Shown here piece after piece: positions 1 to 12,821 of a stretch of 64,000 nucleotides of DNA. The notes beneath the pieces are model-generated. The model ran no database searches. It saw only the letters and a program-made list of their open reading frames with translations, and was not told the origin of the DNA. The first letter of the stretch is position 1, and every line of letters begins with the position of its first letter. The position numbers and the translations under genes are program-made. This DNA is from Octopus vulgaris (lineage: Eukaryota), in contig OX597816.1 in NCBI GenBank assembly GCA_951406725.2, forward strand, positions 140,368,001-140,432,000, written 5' to 3'.

Positions 1-3000
1 CGCGATGATGGGCAGATCTGGAAATTCGTCAAGTCTGGTGAGTCGTGGATAAGGGATGCCAGTTGGACTGAACAGACTACACCCACAACAACAACTGGCA
101 ATGCAAAAATCTTGGGAAACTAACCAAGAACAATCAGCCATCCCCTGTATATCATCATCTGAAATCCAGATATAAACTGCTGTCCTTGAATGCCCGTAGT
201 TTATGCAACAAGGTGCATCTTTTTGTCTCCTACGTCAAAAGTATCAACCCAGATTTCATCACAGTCACGGAAACGTGGGCACACTCTGCACTCTGTGATG
301 GAGTTTTCAGCATAGCCGGCTACAACCTGTTCCGCAAAGACCGCATTAATCGCCGTGGAGGGGGTGTGATGATTTATGTTCGATCAAGTCTATCGGCAAT
401 CCCCTGTGATGATTTGAACCAATCTCAGCAGGAGGTATTTTTCTGCAATGTACACATGACCATGTCAACACTTCTGCTCGGAGTCGTTTACCGTCCTCCA
501 AATTATCGCCAAGATGCACAGCTTTTTGATATCCTCAGGGCGGCTGCCATGAAAACATCCACATATGTGTATGTTGCGGGGGACTTCAATTTCCCTGAGA
601 TTGACTGGGAGGCCTTCCGTTGGCCGCAAAGTGCAGACGATTTCCTTGAACTGGTGCTGAATTCGAATTGGTCCCAAGTTGTTACCTCCCCCACAAGGGG
701 TAACAACACTTTGGATCTGCTACTTACCGCTTCTCCTGAAACAATCATTAGTGTCGCTACCGAAGAACCTTTGGGTGACTCTGATCATTCCATGATCATG
801 GCCGACTTGTCTCTGATTGGTTGTAACAAAAAACACAACCATCTTCAGACTGCCCGCTTTGACTGGAATAAAGCAAACTGGAGCTCTTATTGTACTGAGC
901 TGCAACGCCCAAACTGGCGCGAATTTTATGCCTCTGGAGATGTGGACACTATACTCCAGAACATTCTGAATTCAATATGGGCAGCATGTGCAGCATCAGT
1001 ACTACGCAAGCACAAAAAACCACCCAATAGTGCAATTTGGGAGACTGCAGCAGTCCGACTTGCCAGGAAAGAACGCCGTAATGCTGAACGGGAATACAAG
1101 TTGCACAAATCAGAAAGCAACAGGAAAAAGCGCAATAGGTCAGCCAACCACCTCAAGCAGGTGACAAGAAAGGCAGTGCTTGAATTTGAACAACGCATTG
1201 CAGCTAACCCTGACAGCAAAGGGTTCTGGAAGTATGTGCACTCAAAGCAGAAACCCCCACTCTCCTGTTGGTCCCCTTCGCAATCCCCACACAGGACAGA
1301 TTACTGGCAATCCCGAAGAATGTGCAGAAATCATTGCTGGATGCTATGCCGGCATCTTTACTGTCGAAGACCAAAATGTTCCATCATCATCACCACTGAC
1401 ATCGGACTCTATATCTTCTATGCAATTTACACCAACAATGCTGCAACGCCACCTAAAGAATAAACGCAATTATGCCTCTCCTGGTCTCGATGGTGTTACA
1501 GACCTACTTCTCAAACGCGGTGGGTACTTTCTTCTAGGCCAACTTTCTCTATTCTTCCAATTCTGTCTTGACAGTGGTGTTACTCCAGAACAGTGGAAAA
1601 CTGCCAGTGTCATCCCTCTGTTCAAAAAAGGCGACCGCACATCGCCAGTCAACTATCGCCCCGTCAGTCTTACTAGCTGCATCGCCAAACTGATGGAATC
1701 CTGTATCAGAGAAACCCTCTGGAACTTCTGGAAGTCTCACAGCCTCATCCAGCCGTCACAATTCGGATTTATTCCTAACTCCAGCTGCTGTAATCAACTC
1801 ATCGAGTTTCTTGAGGACGTTACCCAAATCACTGATCGCGGATCCTGGGTGGATGTTGTTTACCTGGACTTTGCTAAGGCTTTTAACTCTGTGCCACACA
1901 AAAGACTTATGGTGAAGCTTTCTGCGATGGGTGTAAGAGACGAACTCTATAACTGGTTAAAGGTCCTTTATTTTCGGCCGAAAAGAGGTTGTCACAGTTC
2001 TAGGACAGCACTCTTCGCCCTATGAGATGACATCTGGTGTGCCGCAGGGATCTGTTCTTGGCCCCCTTTTATTTGTTGCATATGTTAATGACATAGATGC
2101 CAACTTAAAGAATTCCACAGTGCTGAAATATGCAGATGACATCAAGCTGTACCTCGAAATAAAGAGGTCAAATCCTGTACACTATGGATCTCTATTGCAA
2201 GCAGACATGGACACAATGCAGCAGTGGATCATGGACTGGCAACTCAAGCTTGCTGTGGACAAATGTACCACCATACATTTTGGGAGGAGAAACCCAGCGT
2301 CCACCTACTCCCTCCACAACACTAGTCTCAAAAAGTCTTCAAGTGAACGTGACCTGGGTGTTATTGTCGACAGTGATTTGCGTTGGACAAAACACATCGC
2401 TAAAATTGTCAAGAAGGCTGAGGGTGTCTTGGCATCACTCACCAAATCCTTTATGAGCCGCTCTCCGGCTATCTATCTGCGGCTTTATATAGCTATGGTA
2501 AGACCTCACCTGGAATTTGCGTCACCGGTCTGGAACCCCTATCTTGTCCAGGACATCAATCGTCTGGAAGCTGTTCAGCGACGTACAACCAAAAGAATAC
2601 CCCCCATCAGGCATTTGCCATATCCTGAACGCCTTACTTCCCTGAGCATGGACACATTGAAACTCCGACGTCTGGCAGCTGACTTGGCAGACACCCATAA
2701 AATTATCAACCATCGCACAAACAATAACTCTGAGCACCTCTTCAAACTCCACCCATCTAACACCCGTGGACATATTTACAAAGTAAGAAAACAGCACAGC
2801 TCCCATGACTTCAGGAAACATTTTTTCACGCTGAGAGTTGCTGAAGCGTGGAACAAACTGCCGGCATCGGTTGTTAGTTGTCGGAGCACTGCATCCTTCA
2901 AAACTTCCATGCTTCCTGAGATTCGCCAACACTACACTTGATTTTCTCCCCTCCATACACACACAAGCATGTTCACTTTCCAGACATTTATACATTACTG

Positions 3001-3089
3001 CATGTACTTTATATGCACTTTCTGACAAGTTGTGGTGCACCTGAGCACTGTATACAATAATTTCATTATTATTATTATTATTATTATTA
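1..3089 (+). mobile_element. CR1/L2-group LINE: ORF1 C-terminus (1-123), ORF2 APE endonuclease plus RT with two frameshifts, 3'UTR and (ATT)n tail
   Basis: Endonuclease motifs NARSL, ITVTETW, VVYRPP, GDFNFP, TLDLLL, SDH. RT motifs NYRPVSLTS, QFGF, YLDFAKAFNSV, GVPQGSVLGPLLF, YADD. Frameshifts near 1255 and 1965, stop at 2939-2941, (ATT)n at about 3066-3089. Confidence 0.93.
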
Positions 3090-3343
3090 CAACTGAATTC
3101 CCGCCTTCATACATTTTTTTGTTTGTTTTTGTTTTCTTATTTCTCACTCTGGTCCTGTTAAATTGGTTATCGTAATTGTTTCTCCTAAAGTCTTTATCTC
3201 ATATTTTCACACGTTTCCATTGTTGCAGTATTGTCACGATCTCTTTCATCTACCCTTAAGTTATACCCATAAATTACCTTATTTCTTTTCCTTTTCATTT
3301 CATTTCAACCCTCATTAAACTAACGATCCGTCATCATCCACAT

Positions 3344-3669
3344 TCTAAAGACTCCGCCGGTTACGACGACGAGGGTCCCAGCTGATACGATCAACGGAAC
3401 AGCTTGCTCGTGAAATTAACGTGCAAATGGCTGAGCATTCCACAGACACGTGTACCCTTAACGTAGTTCTCGGGGATAATCAGCGTGACACAGAGAGTGA
3501 CAAGGCTGACTCTTTGAAATACAAGTACAACTCATTTTTGCCAGCTGAGTGGACTGGAGCAACGTGAAATAAAGTGTCTTGCTCAAGGACACAACGCGTC
3601 GCCGGGAATCGAACTCACAACCTTACGATCATGAGCCGAATGCCCTAACCACTAAGCCACGCGCCCTCA
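3344..3669 (-). mobile_element. tRNA-derived SINE with 12-bp target site duplication
   Basis: Minus strand starts GTGAGGGCGCGTGGCTTAGTGG (A box) and contains GAGTTCGATTCC (B box). CATCATCCACAT flanks it at 3332-3343 and 3670-3681. Confidence 0.88.
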
Positions 3670-4011
3670 CATCATCCACATACGTACCGCTACGTAACAT
3701 TTCTTTCATCATACCTCAAATGCATTTTATAATAGCAGTGGAGGCACTCTTTTTCTCATAACTTGATAGTTTGGTTACATCCTAAACTTATATCCGATAC
3801 TTAGGATTTTATATCACTATAGCCCATTATACTCGCCTCCAACCTATCCTTCGTTTTCTCCATTTCCACCATTCAAGTATTTATAGTGTTAATTCTCAAA
3901 TTTTAGATACAGGAATTTCAATTAACTAACTTACTAATTAACTAACGGATTAGCTGTTTGTTTACTTAATACTTCAGCATTTTGATATTTCATTTTGCTT
4001 TATTTTATTTA

Positions 4012-5200
4012 TTAGCCCAATAGGGAGAGGAAGTCACCTTGAAAGATGTCTCTTTTGATGTTGGTGTTGTTAGATAGGCTCATCCCATTACTATGGTTCA
4101 GATGGAAATGTGTATTCCACTTGACCATGCTACCTTTTAAGAATTTGGAGACTACAGGAGAGATTTTGTATATCTCAAAGGCCTTGAGTAGCCAATTATG
4201 CGGGCCACTATCAAACGCTTTCCTGTAGTCTATCCACACCACACTCAGGTTCTTCTTGTTGCTCTGTCATTTCCCTACAATCATTTCCTTTATGAGTAAT
4301 TGATCTTTGCTTCCATAAGAATTCCTTTTACAACTTTTTCAGCTTCTATCCAATGAGCTTTAGCAAAATATTCTTTTTTGTTGCTCTTCCATTTCCTCAG
4401 TCTTCGGTGGCTCCTTTACTCCTATGCTTTTACCAATTTCCCTGTAATTTTTTTTTTTTTTTTTTTTTTGCATTCGTCTTGAATACCTTGTTTTGTCGAT
4501 AAAATTTGATTCTTTCATCATACTTTCTGAGCCGTTGAGCTTTCAGTCGTTTTCATTGTTTCGCTAGTTCTTTGGTTGCAGGGACGTTTATAAAATCTTT
4601 GATTTTATATTTTTGCTTGATTTTTCAAGCTTGTTTCTTCTCAACATTTACTCCTCTAGCAACTTCATCGAGAACCGATACATCCGCCTGCAAAAATTCG
4701 ATCTCTTTTTGTATTACTACTTTCCATTTAGGAGGTCTATTGATATGGTTGGTCCTGTTCTGTGTCGTCCTGATACCTAACTGAGAAGTTACAACTTTAT
4801 CAGTGGAATAGATTAGGTTATTTAAGGTTATCAGGTCATTTCCCTTATTTATTAAGATCTAAGAGCAATATTATATATCATGGTTATGTTGTTTGAGAGC
4901 TTTGGTAGCGGTTCTCTATTGATCATTTCAGCAAACTCAGTCTTGCTGAGTTCTCTCATATCTTCTTTTGATTCTCTTTATTATCCACCTCAAATTCTGT
5001 ATCATAGCTATTCTGGTGTTTTTGAGACAGGTCTGCTTTCTCCTCTTTTTCCGCATATCTGTTCTTCGCTATTCTTTCTCCAGCTTTCTGGTTGGGATGT
5101 TCTGCTCGTCCAATGGGTTACTTAATGTGTTTACATCTATATATCTGCGTACTTCGTTGCCTACTAAGTTTCTCCATGAATTGTATGTTTGTACAACGAG
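4012..5200 (-). mobile_element. Degenerate R4/Dong-like (RLE-type) LINE reverse transcriptase fragment
   Basis: Minus-strand VWIDYRKAFDSGPH...IFQGDFLSLL; frames broken; upstream boundary approximate. Confidence 0.7.
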
Positions 5201-5824
5201 GGAGTCTTGCCGGTTTGGCTGCCAGCATCAATTCTGTTCGAATTGATTTCATATTCAGTGTAATGATACACTTTTATTGGTTAATGAATGACATGAAAAT
5301 CATTTTCGCTATAAATCAATACATAAAGTGTTATTAGCAATTAAAGTTTGAAACTTTTGGTAATTTTAACCAGTCGTTAGCCACAGAAACAGTCATGCCT
5401 GTTCCCATAGTAACAGGCAGAACATTAGAACTCTTTTGTCTGCAAGAAAGCATGTGTTGACAAATACATTGAAACCGCCTGTTTTATTTATCTGATTACA
5501 ACTAAGCATGTAAATTTATGTAGCGCAGGAGATATAAAAATTGTAATTTGTTCGAGAAATTGATTGAATGCATTTCTAACTTTATCATTTATACTGCTTG
5601 TAAATATTAGCATGTGCACATGTAGGTATGTAAAGGTAACTATTTAATTTACGTACTCACCTATAATCGCCCACTGTTGGTAGGTTTGTTAAACCACTTG
5701 TGTCATGCAGCTCACAACCCGTCGAACAGGCAACAAGACATTTTACTCTGTAATGAATCAAAAATACTACAGATATGTTACTAAGTTTGTCTTTTCTCCT
5801 AATGTTTTTACTTCTCTATTGCAG

Positions 5825-6015
5825 AATGCTACATCAACCAAAATTGTGCCATTGCCAAAGGATGTGACTGTATATCGATGGACAAACAGCCTTGCTTACA
5901 AAAGTGTTCCCATTACGCTTTGTGTATATATGGCACTTATACAGTGACTTCTTGTGGCTACGGTAGAAGGTTTGAGCCGAGTTTAAGATGCATCCCTGGA
6001 CGTTGTCAATATTAA
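5825..6015 (+). CDS. Terminal Cys-rich (CBM14-like) exon of an upstream tyrosinase-like paralog whose other exons lie before the window
   Basis: Polypyrimidine tract and ttgcAG acceptor ending 5824. Phase-1 reading xCYINQNCAIAKGCDCISMDKQPCLQKCSHYALCIYGTYTVTSCGYGRRFEPSLRCIPGRCQY*. Has the same 10-Cys pattern and phase as the exons at 32277 and 53534. AATAAA at 6324. Confidence 0.85.
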
Positions 6016-7409
6016 ATGTAAGGCTACTGACAATCCCATTTAGCAATGTTCCCAATGAAACTACAGAAGTCGAATTTTCCTCTATGATTAATTTTTGCAT
6101 GGTAATGTTTGGCGCAGGACGTTCCCCAACAGCATTATATGGGTTCATATATAGCTGAATAGACGGAAGGATGGATGATGGTGTAGAAGACGGGATTCAG
6201 TTTGTAGCTTTCAACAGAAGCCCATTGAAGAGGTTTCTGATTTGGTTAACATTTTCCAATTATTTATTTATTTATCACAATAACCTTTTTTTATGAAAAA
6301 TCCTATTTTTTTTTAAAAATCACAATAAATTCATAAAATTTCTTTTGAATCTTTTATTTTCTTACACGGAAGTTGCGAAAATGGTGAAAGCTATTTATAA
6401 TTAAGGTGAGGGTAATCTATATAATTTTTTTTTAATTCTAATTACCTTATAGTATACATCGCCCATTTCGGAAATTACTAAGCTGATCAGGATTAAAGGG
6501 ACAAAATATTTAGTTGTTATAAACATATGATCGATGTATCATGATCTGTCCATTTCATTGATAAAGTTCGATATTTGTATGCAATGAAGACAATAACCTA
6601 AAAGCATTAAAGGATTAAATGTATTGAAGAATTTTTGTGCCTTAATATCAAAGTTCCAAACGCGCTAGAATTGATAACCATTTTTTTCTCTCTATTTTCG
6701 AAGATGGTAAAATATGAGTCAATAATATTTGTACTTAATGAAAACATTTCGACATAGTAAAGCAGCATCGATACGAATAGGAGGGAGAGAAAGCTAAATA
6801 CAGTCAGTTGAGTAAAAAGATGATGATGTAAAAAAATGAGGTGCTGGAGTTAATTGATACTGAAGTAAATTAACAAAAAGTTACATATATTTTGAGAGGG
6901 ATATAGTCGATTGAGTCGTAACTGATAAATGATTTTACAACAAATCCTTTAGCTCGGCTTTCTACAATTTCTGCTTTCAACGCTGAGCCCAAATTCTCCC
7001 ATGGAAATGTAGAATGTATCCATTTTAGTTTATTATCCTTTGAAACATCATATGTCAAGGTTGAAAATTTCATATTCTGCTACTAACTCATCTTCATATT
7101 CTGTCTATAACAAAGGGAAGAGGTTTGTTTTTAACCAATCAAATCTAAAGACAATGTTATAAAAAAAAAATTTAATAAAAAAAAGAGAATTAGCAAATTT
7201 TCTTACTTGCAACTTGTCACGGAAGGCTCAGAAGTTCTCATCAAAATATTGCTATAGTGCTAATAATAGAGTACATGAATATTCTAGTATATTATAATAC
7301 GATGGTTATATATTAATATACAAGCATATGAGTGTCGTCAAAAATGCCGTCAGTCAACACAATGGCGAAACGATTGACGAATGTCAACAATATAGTAAAT
7401 ATATGTACA

Positions 7410-8498
7410 TCTTACTATAATGGACGTTATGTCCGTCTGTCTGTCTGTTCCCTCTTCACGGTCAAACGGCTGGACCAATGGTAAAGATGTTTTTCGGGAT
7501 TTCGAAGGAGATAATCAGAAAAAAGTTTTAGCGAAAAAACGTGAAAAAGTATGATTATTTAGTGGATATTGAGTTTTGCCTTAATAGATCACCATTTTTC
7601 GGGATTACAAAGACGGTCGCCAGGAAGGTTTTTAGTATTAAAAAATCAGAAAGTATGATTGTTTCGTGAATATCGATTTTTTAATTGATAAACCACCTTC
7701 GCATTTTTATTAAAAATTCATACAGTGTGAGATTATTTAGTGGTTATTGAAGTGTGTCAGTCTCGAGCAGGATTCGAAACGGCTGTTGTTTACATCTCAG
7801 TTTTGTCAATCAAAATAACCCATGGTATCGGAACATCCAGACACTATTCGCATAGAACAGTGGGAGGTAAGTCTTAGTTTGATTTTTTGCAACCGTAAAG
7901 ATTCAGCAAACAGGGTACAGAGCCAGACTTTTGATCGCGTAGGTGTATTTTTACCCACTCCGATGTTTACACACGACCAGTTATACGTCGTTATGAGTAG
8001 ACCAACGGACTCCAGTAATTTGAAAATTAGTTGTCGACCAAACAGAAAATATCGTCTACAGAGAGGTTTTGTAATCATATTGGTATTATCGGAAGGAATA
8101 AGATTCATAATTTAAATAAGGAAATTTGTGAACTTCGAATGTATACAAGAGTAAAATAGTGTAAACAACTAAAATAAAATTATAGCTAAATAACAATTTT
8201 TTCTTAATATTTTTTATGTAGAGGTCAAAGAAAGCTCTGGCTTTCGTTAGGAATGGTCCACATAACCATTCATGATACAGAGGCTGGGAGCCTATTTCAG
8301 TTCGTGAGTGAATTGTCATCACATGCCATTTAGGCGCGAACATGTCATATAGCTGCAATAGAATGTTGTATCACCAACAATAATATGATTTCTCTTAGAC
8401 ATCACCCAGTAATCTATTTACACATTTCTCAAGATATACTGCCGTTATGACTTCCCTCCACCATTTTATGCCTCCCTCGTAGATGGGTAGTTTGCTAG
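7410..8498 (+). mobile_element. Non-autonomous Helitron remnant
   Basis: A|TC 5' end followed by (GTCT)n. Helicase C-terminal motif QTFDRVGVFLPTPMFTHDQLYVVMSR at about 7920-8030. CTAG|T at 8495-8499. Confidence 0.65.
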
Positions 8499-8667
8499 TA
8501 CACAGAATTGAAGCACTTGAAGAATCGGATATGGTTGTAACGTCTCGGTTGAAAATATCGGACACGGACACATACAGATACACACAAATACATATATGTA
8601 CATATATAATATATAGGCATACATACGTACATACACACATGCATAAACACACATGAATGTATGTATG

Positions 8668-8723
<56 letters not shown>

Positions 8724-8727
8724 CATA

Positions 8728-10045
8728 CGAGGGGCGTTCAATAAGTAATGCCCCTGACCCACTTCCCATATCAGTAGAGCAACGAAACTTGGCACAGTTA
8801 TTGGTCTTTTTCTACATAGAAACCACCCAGAGTTACGCATTTCTCCCATCGTTTGATGCAGCTCTGGAAACCGTTTTTGTAGAAGACCCCAGCTTGGTCC
8901 TCCAACCACGACGTGACTTCAGAAATCAAGGCTGCATCATCTGGGAAACGCTTTCCTTTCAAAAACAACTTCATGGCTGGGAAGAGGTGAAAATCAGTGG
9001 CTGCAAAGGTCAGGAGAGTAGGGGGGTGGGGGAGGAGGTCATAGCCGCACGCCTGTGCTTCTGATCTGGCAACACGCGAGTTGTGGACCGGAGCGTTGTC
9101 CTGCAGGAGGAGGATGCCTTTGCTGATCTTGCCCCGCCTCTTGATTTTGATAGCTTCTCTTAATTTCCCCAAAAGTGAAGCATAATAGGCTCCTGTAATT
9201 GTGGTACCCTTTGCCAGGAAATCTGTCATCACTACTCCGTCCTGGTCCCTGAAGACTGTGAGCATGACCTTGCCCGGAGGGCTGCACCCTTGCCTTCGTT
9301 GGAGGAGGTGAGTCACGGTGCTTCCAATGCATTGACTGGGCTTTGGTCTCTGGATTATAGTGATGGACCCAGGTTTCATCCTGTGTAATCAGTCTTTTGA
9401 AAAATTTTGACACATCTTCTTGGCACATCTCCAAATTCATCCTCGAGCACTCGACGCGTTCTTGCTTCTGGAAAGGTGTGAGCAACCTGGGAATCCATCT
9501 GGCAAACACCTTTTGCATATGCAAATGGTCATGAATGATAGTTTCCACAGACCCGGTACTAATCTTGACCTCATGGGCTATTTGGCGAATAATTATGCGT
9601 CGATCTTCCAAAATGGCAGCCTCCACTTGACGGACAGATGCCTCATCAATGGCAGAAGGGGGGCGACCAGATCTTGGAGCTGTTTCCACAGAGTTCCAAC
9701 CATGTTTGAATTCACGATGCCAGCGTTTTACAAGGTCATATGATGGGGCATCATCACCATAAATTACTTTCATTTCATCAAAAGTCTCCCGTGCTGTGCG
9801 TCCTTTCAAATACAAAAACTGGATCACTGCTCGACACTCAACAGGCTCCGTTTCACACTTGACTCAGTTCAAACACCTGTAAATCAGAAACCATTATTAG
9901 TTCAGAGCTGTTGCTACTTAATCTATAGAGATATAATCTATAGAGATATAAATCTATAGAGATATAAATAATTGCACATGCAAAATTTCAGCTAGATCAA
10001 ACAAATGCAAGTGGTTCAGGGGCATTACTTATTGAACGTCCCTTG
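8728..10045 (-). mobile_element. Full-length mariner (DD34D) transposon with frameshifted transposase
   Basis: TIRs CGAGGGGCGTTCAATAAGTAATGCCCCTGA / TCAGGGGCATTACTTATTGAACGTCCCTTG, TA at 8726-27 and 10046-47. Motifs WIPRLL, TQDETW, LLQDNA, DFHLF. Probable start codon mutated to ACG near 9851. Confidence 0.93.
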
Positions 10046-10109
10046 TACATCATTTTTTTGGTTTTTGTAAAAACTCAGAAAATATTTATATATATATACA
10101 TACATAAGT

Positions 10110-11070
10110 GTCGCTAGCCACTACATATTGTTTATTTTCTCTTCTTGTCTGTTTGTTCCTTTCTGTGGAAGAGCGTAGGCTCGAAACGTTAAAGACTTGG
10201 CTGACCGGTTCCCGGAACACCTCCAAGACATCCGTGTCGGCAATGACACCCCGGTCTCGCGCCATTTCCGCTCTACCGGTAACTCTTTGCAACACCTGTC
10301 CGTGTTCGGATTGTCCTTGCACAGGGGCCATCCGGACTCCCGTTTGCGCCGTGAACAGGGATTAATCTTCTCTCTTCGTTCCTTTGCGCCACAGGGGCTC
10401 AACTCTCCTCCCCTCTTCTCTCTCCTTCTCACACCTACTTCCTCCCACCCACCTCTCCTCTCTTGCTCCGACTCCTACTTCTCTCTTCAGTTCACTCCTA
10501 CCCACCTTCTCCCTTCCCCCTTCATCGTCACCCCACCCCACCCCTACGCAATCCAACCCTACTTTTCCTATCCATCCCATCTCACCCCACCCCTTACACC
10601 CACTCCCACTTCAACCCCCACCCTCAGCCTACCCACATACCGCCCCTTGCCCCCCCACCCTCAGCCTACCCACATACCGCCCCTTGCCCCCCCCCCACAC
10701 CATCACACCACACACCACTACACCATACACCACCATACCACACAACAACACATCTCACCACCACGCACATACTAGCACTGACCACTTCCCAGCCCCACAT
10801 ACACACACCTACACATCACCACTACTTTGTTATCTCCCCTTCTTCCTAGCTTTCCTGTGTGACCTCCCTGTCCGGCATTCACCATGATAGATCGCTAGCT
10901 ACTACACATTCTTTATTGTCTCTCCTTGCTTCTTTCTGTGTTCCTTTCTGCGGAAGAGCGTAGTCTCGAAAAGTTAAAGACTTTTTCACTTCCCGAGAGT
11001 TAAACTAATACATCTGTTGGTTGTTTACACCACCTGTCTTCGTCTTTTGTTTTTTGTGAATTCTCCCTAT
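10110..11070 (+). mobile_element. Penelope-like element fragment: GIY-YIG C-terminus between direct pseudo-LTR repeats
   Basis: DRFPEHLQDI...PVSRHF...RLRREQGLIFSLRSFAPQGLN at 10197-10405. Repeat TCGCTAGC..CTACA...GAAGAGCGTAG.CTCGAAA at about 10110 and 10892. Confidence 0.75.
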
Positions 11071-12183
11071 ATATGTGTGTGTGTGTGTGAGGGAGAGAGA
11101 GAAAGTGTGTGTGTATGTGGGGGGGGGGCGTGTGTATGTATATATATGTATGTATGTATGTGTGTATGAGTATGCATGTATGTATGTATATGACAAGCTT
11201 CTTTCAGTTTCTGTTAACCAAATCCACTCAAAAGTCTTTGGTTTGGGGCTATGTCCATGGTGCTGTGCAGTAGGACTGAGATCCAATGTATATAGGGTGG
11301 TGATCATAAAAACAATTGCAAAATATATTAATTTCAAATAATTGAAAAATCAGAATATTGAGAGATTGGAAAACAGAAAGTTCAGAATAACATATCCTTA
11401 AAAGAACAAAAATTCAGCAGAAAAATAAGAAAACGCGTTCATGTTGAACATGTGGTGGTATGTTTATAAACCTAGTAACATAGCAATGTTTTACTTTCTC
11501 TCAAAGTTCTCGTCTCATACATAACAGACTGGCTCAACTGTAAATGGCATTTATTTCACGAAAGTCTTGTGCATAAATACAGTTTTATGCGACTGCGTGA
11601 AATTCGGTTGACAGTAATATACACCCAAATAAATGAAATCATGCTTCCAGTGATTTATGACGTGATTGGACGGAATATGTTGTTCCATTCATTTACATTT
11701 TTTAGATGGATGAAATCAGTAAAATATGTTATCCTTCACATTGAAAAGGAAATAAGGGCTTGTATCAGAAAGGGCAAACATGAAATATTGGAGAAAAAAG
11801 AAAGAATATATATATATATAATACAAATATGGGACAAGAACACAAAACATCCAGACAGACGATACAAAGAAAACAAGGAGAAGTCATTTATATTATTTTT
11901 TATTTTATTTTATCTAGTTTCAGTTCACAAGCTGTGGCCATGCTGGGGCACCGCCATTTGGTGTTGCTACATGATTTTACTTCACGAATGCTTTTTAGCA
12001 ATTGCCATTTGGTGCATGAGAGAGTTCGATGCAGCTGCCTTCATCTGCACCTCCTGCCGTGAAGTTGGTTCATATATATATATAGTTAATCCAAACACAA
12101 AAACAAAAAAGAGAAAACACAACGCGAGGACGTGGAACAAGTATAGCATTATTGGACGCTCAGGAAAGAAGGAAAGAAGGAGG

Positions 12184-12218
12184 GTTTAACGTTTCGAGCG
12201 GAGCTCTTCGTCAGAAAC
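12184..12218 (-). ncRNA. Minimal type-I hammerhead ribozyme (Penelope pseudo-LTR type)
   Basis: Minus strand GUUU-CUGACGA-A-GAGC-UCC-GCUC-GAAAC-GUU-AAAC: intact core, paired stems I and II, palindromic stem III. Confidence 0.75.
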
Positions 12219-12655
12219 ATAGGAAAAGGAAAGATCATATATATAGTAGAAATATAAAAATATAAAAGGAGCAAAAATACTGGAGATTCAGTACTCCACG
12301 TGGCAAAATTATGAGTTAAAAATACGCGGAAAACATATATAAAAAGTGGTTGGAAATAACACAGAAGTAAATCTAAGACATTTCAATTCAATAAAGAATT
12401 TAATAAAAATGATTTGAAAAATTATACAAAGAAAATACTACCGGTTTCGATGATGAATCTCATCTTATCACATATCAGTAGAGGTCTATAAAAATTTAAA
12501 GTAAAAACAGTTTATCTCCTGTTTGGTATAGAGTTCAAAGTGTAAGAGATGAGTGTAGCTGTCATTTGTCTAAAAGAAATCTTTGTGTTCCTGCCAAAGG
12601 AGTGGCTTAAAAGCATTTATTGAATGGGTTTTATGTCCACCTGTGTGCGTGGGTG

Positions 12656-12698
<43 letters not shown>

Positions 12699-12821
12699 GA
12701 TGGGTGTCTATGTTCTGATGAATGTCTTGAAGAAAGAATTAGAACTTTCTTTTGGGTTGGATGTATTGTTTTGAGTGTCTCCACCTTTTGTATGTGTGTG
12801 GTTTGCAGCTGTTTCTTTTTC

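Noticed and set aside
3590-3669. tRNA gene
   Set aside because: The A/B boxes are the head of a SINE bounded by a TSD; no complete cloverleaf seen.
10400-10850. Pro/His-rich ORFs as an extensin-like gene
   Set aside because: C-rich low-complexity tract within a Penelope-like fragment.
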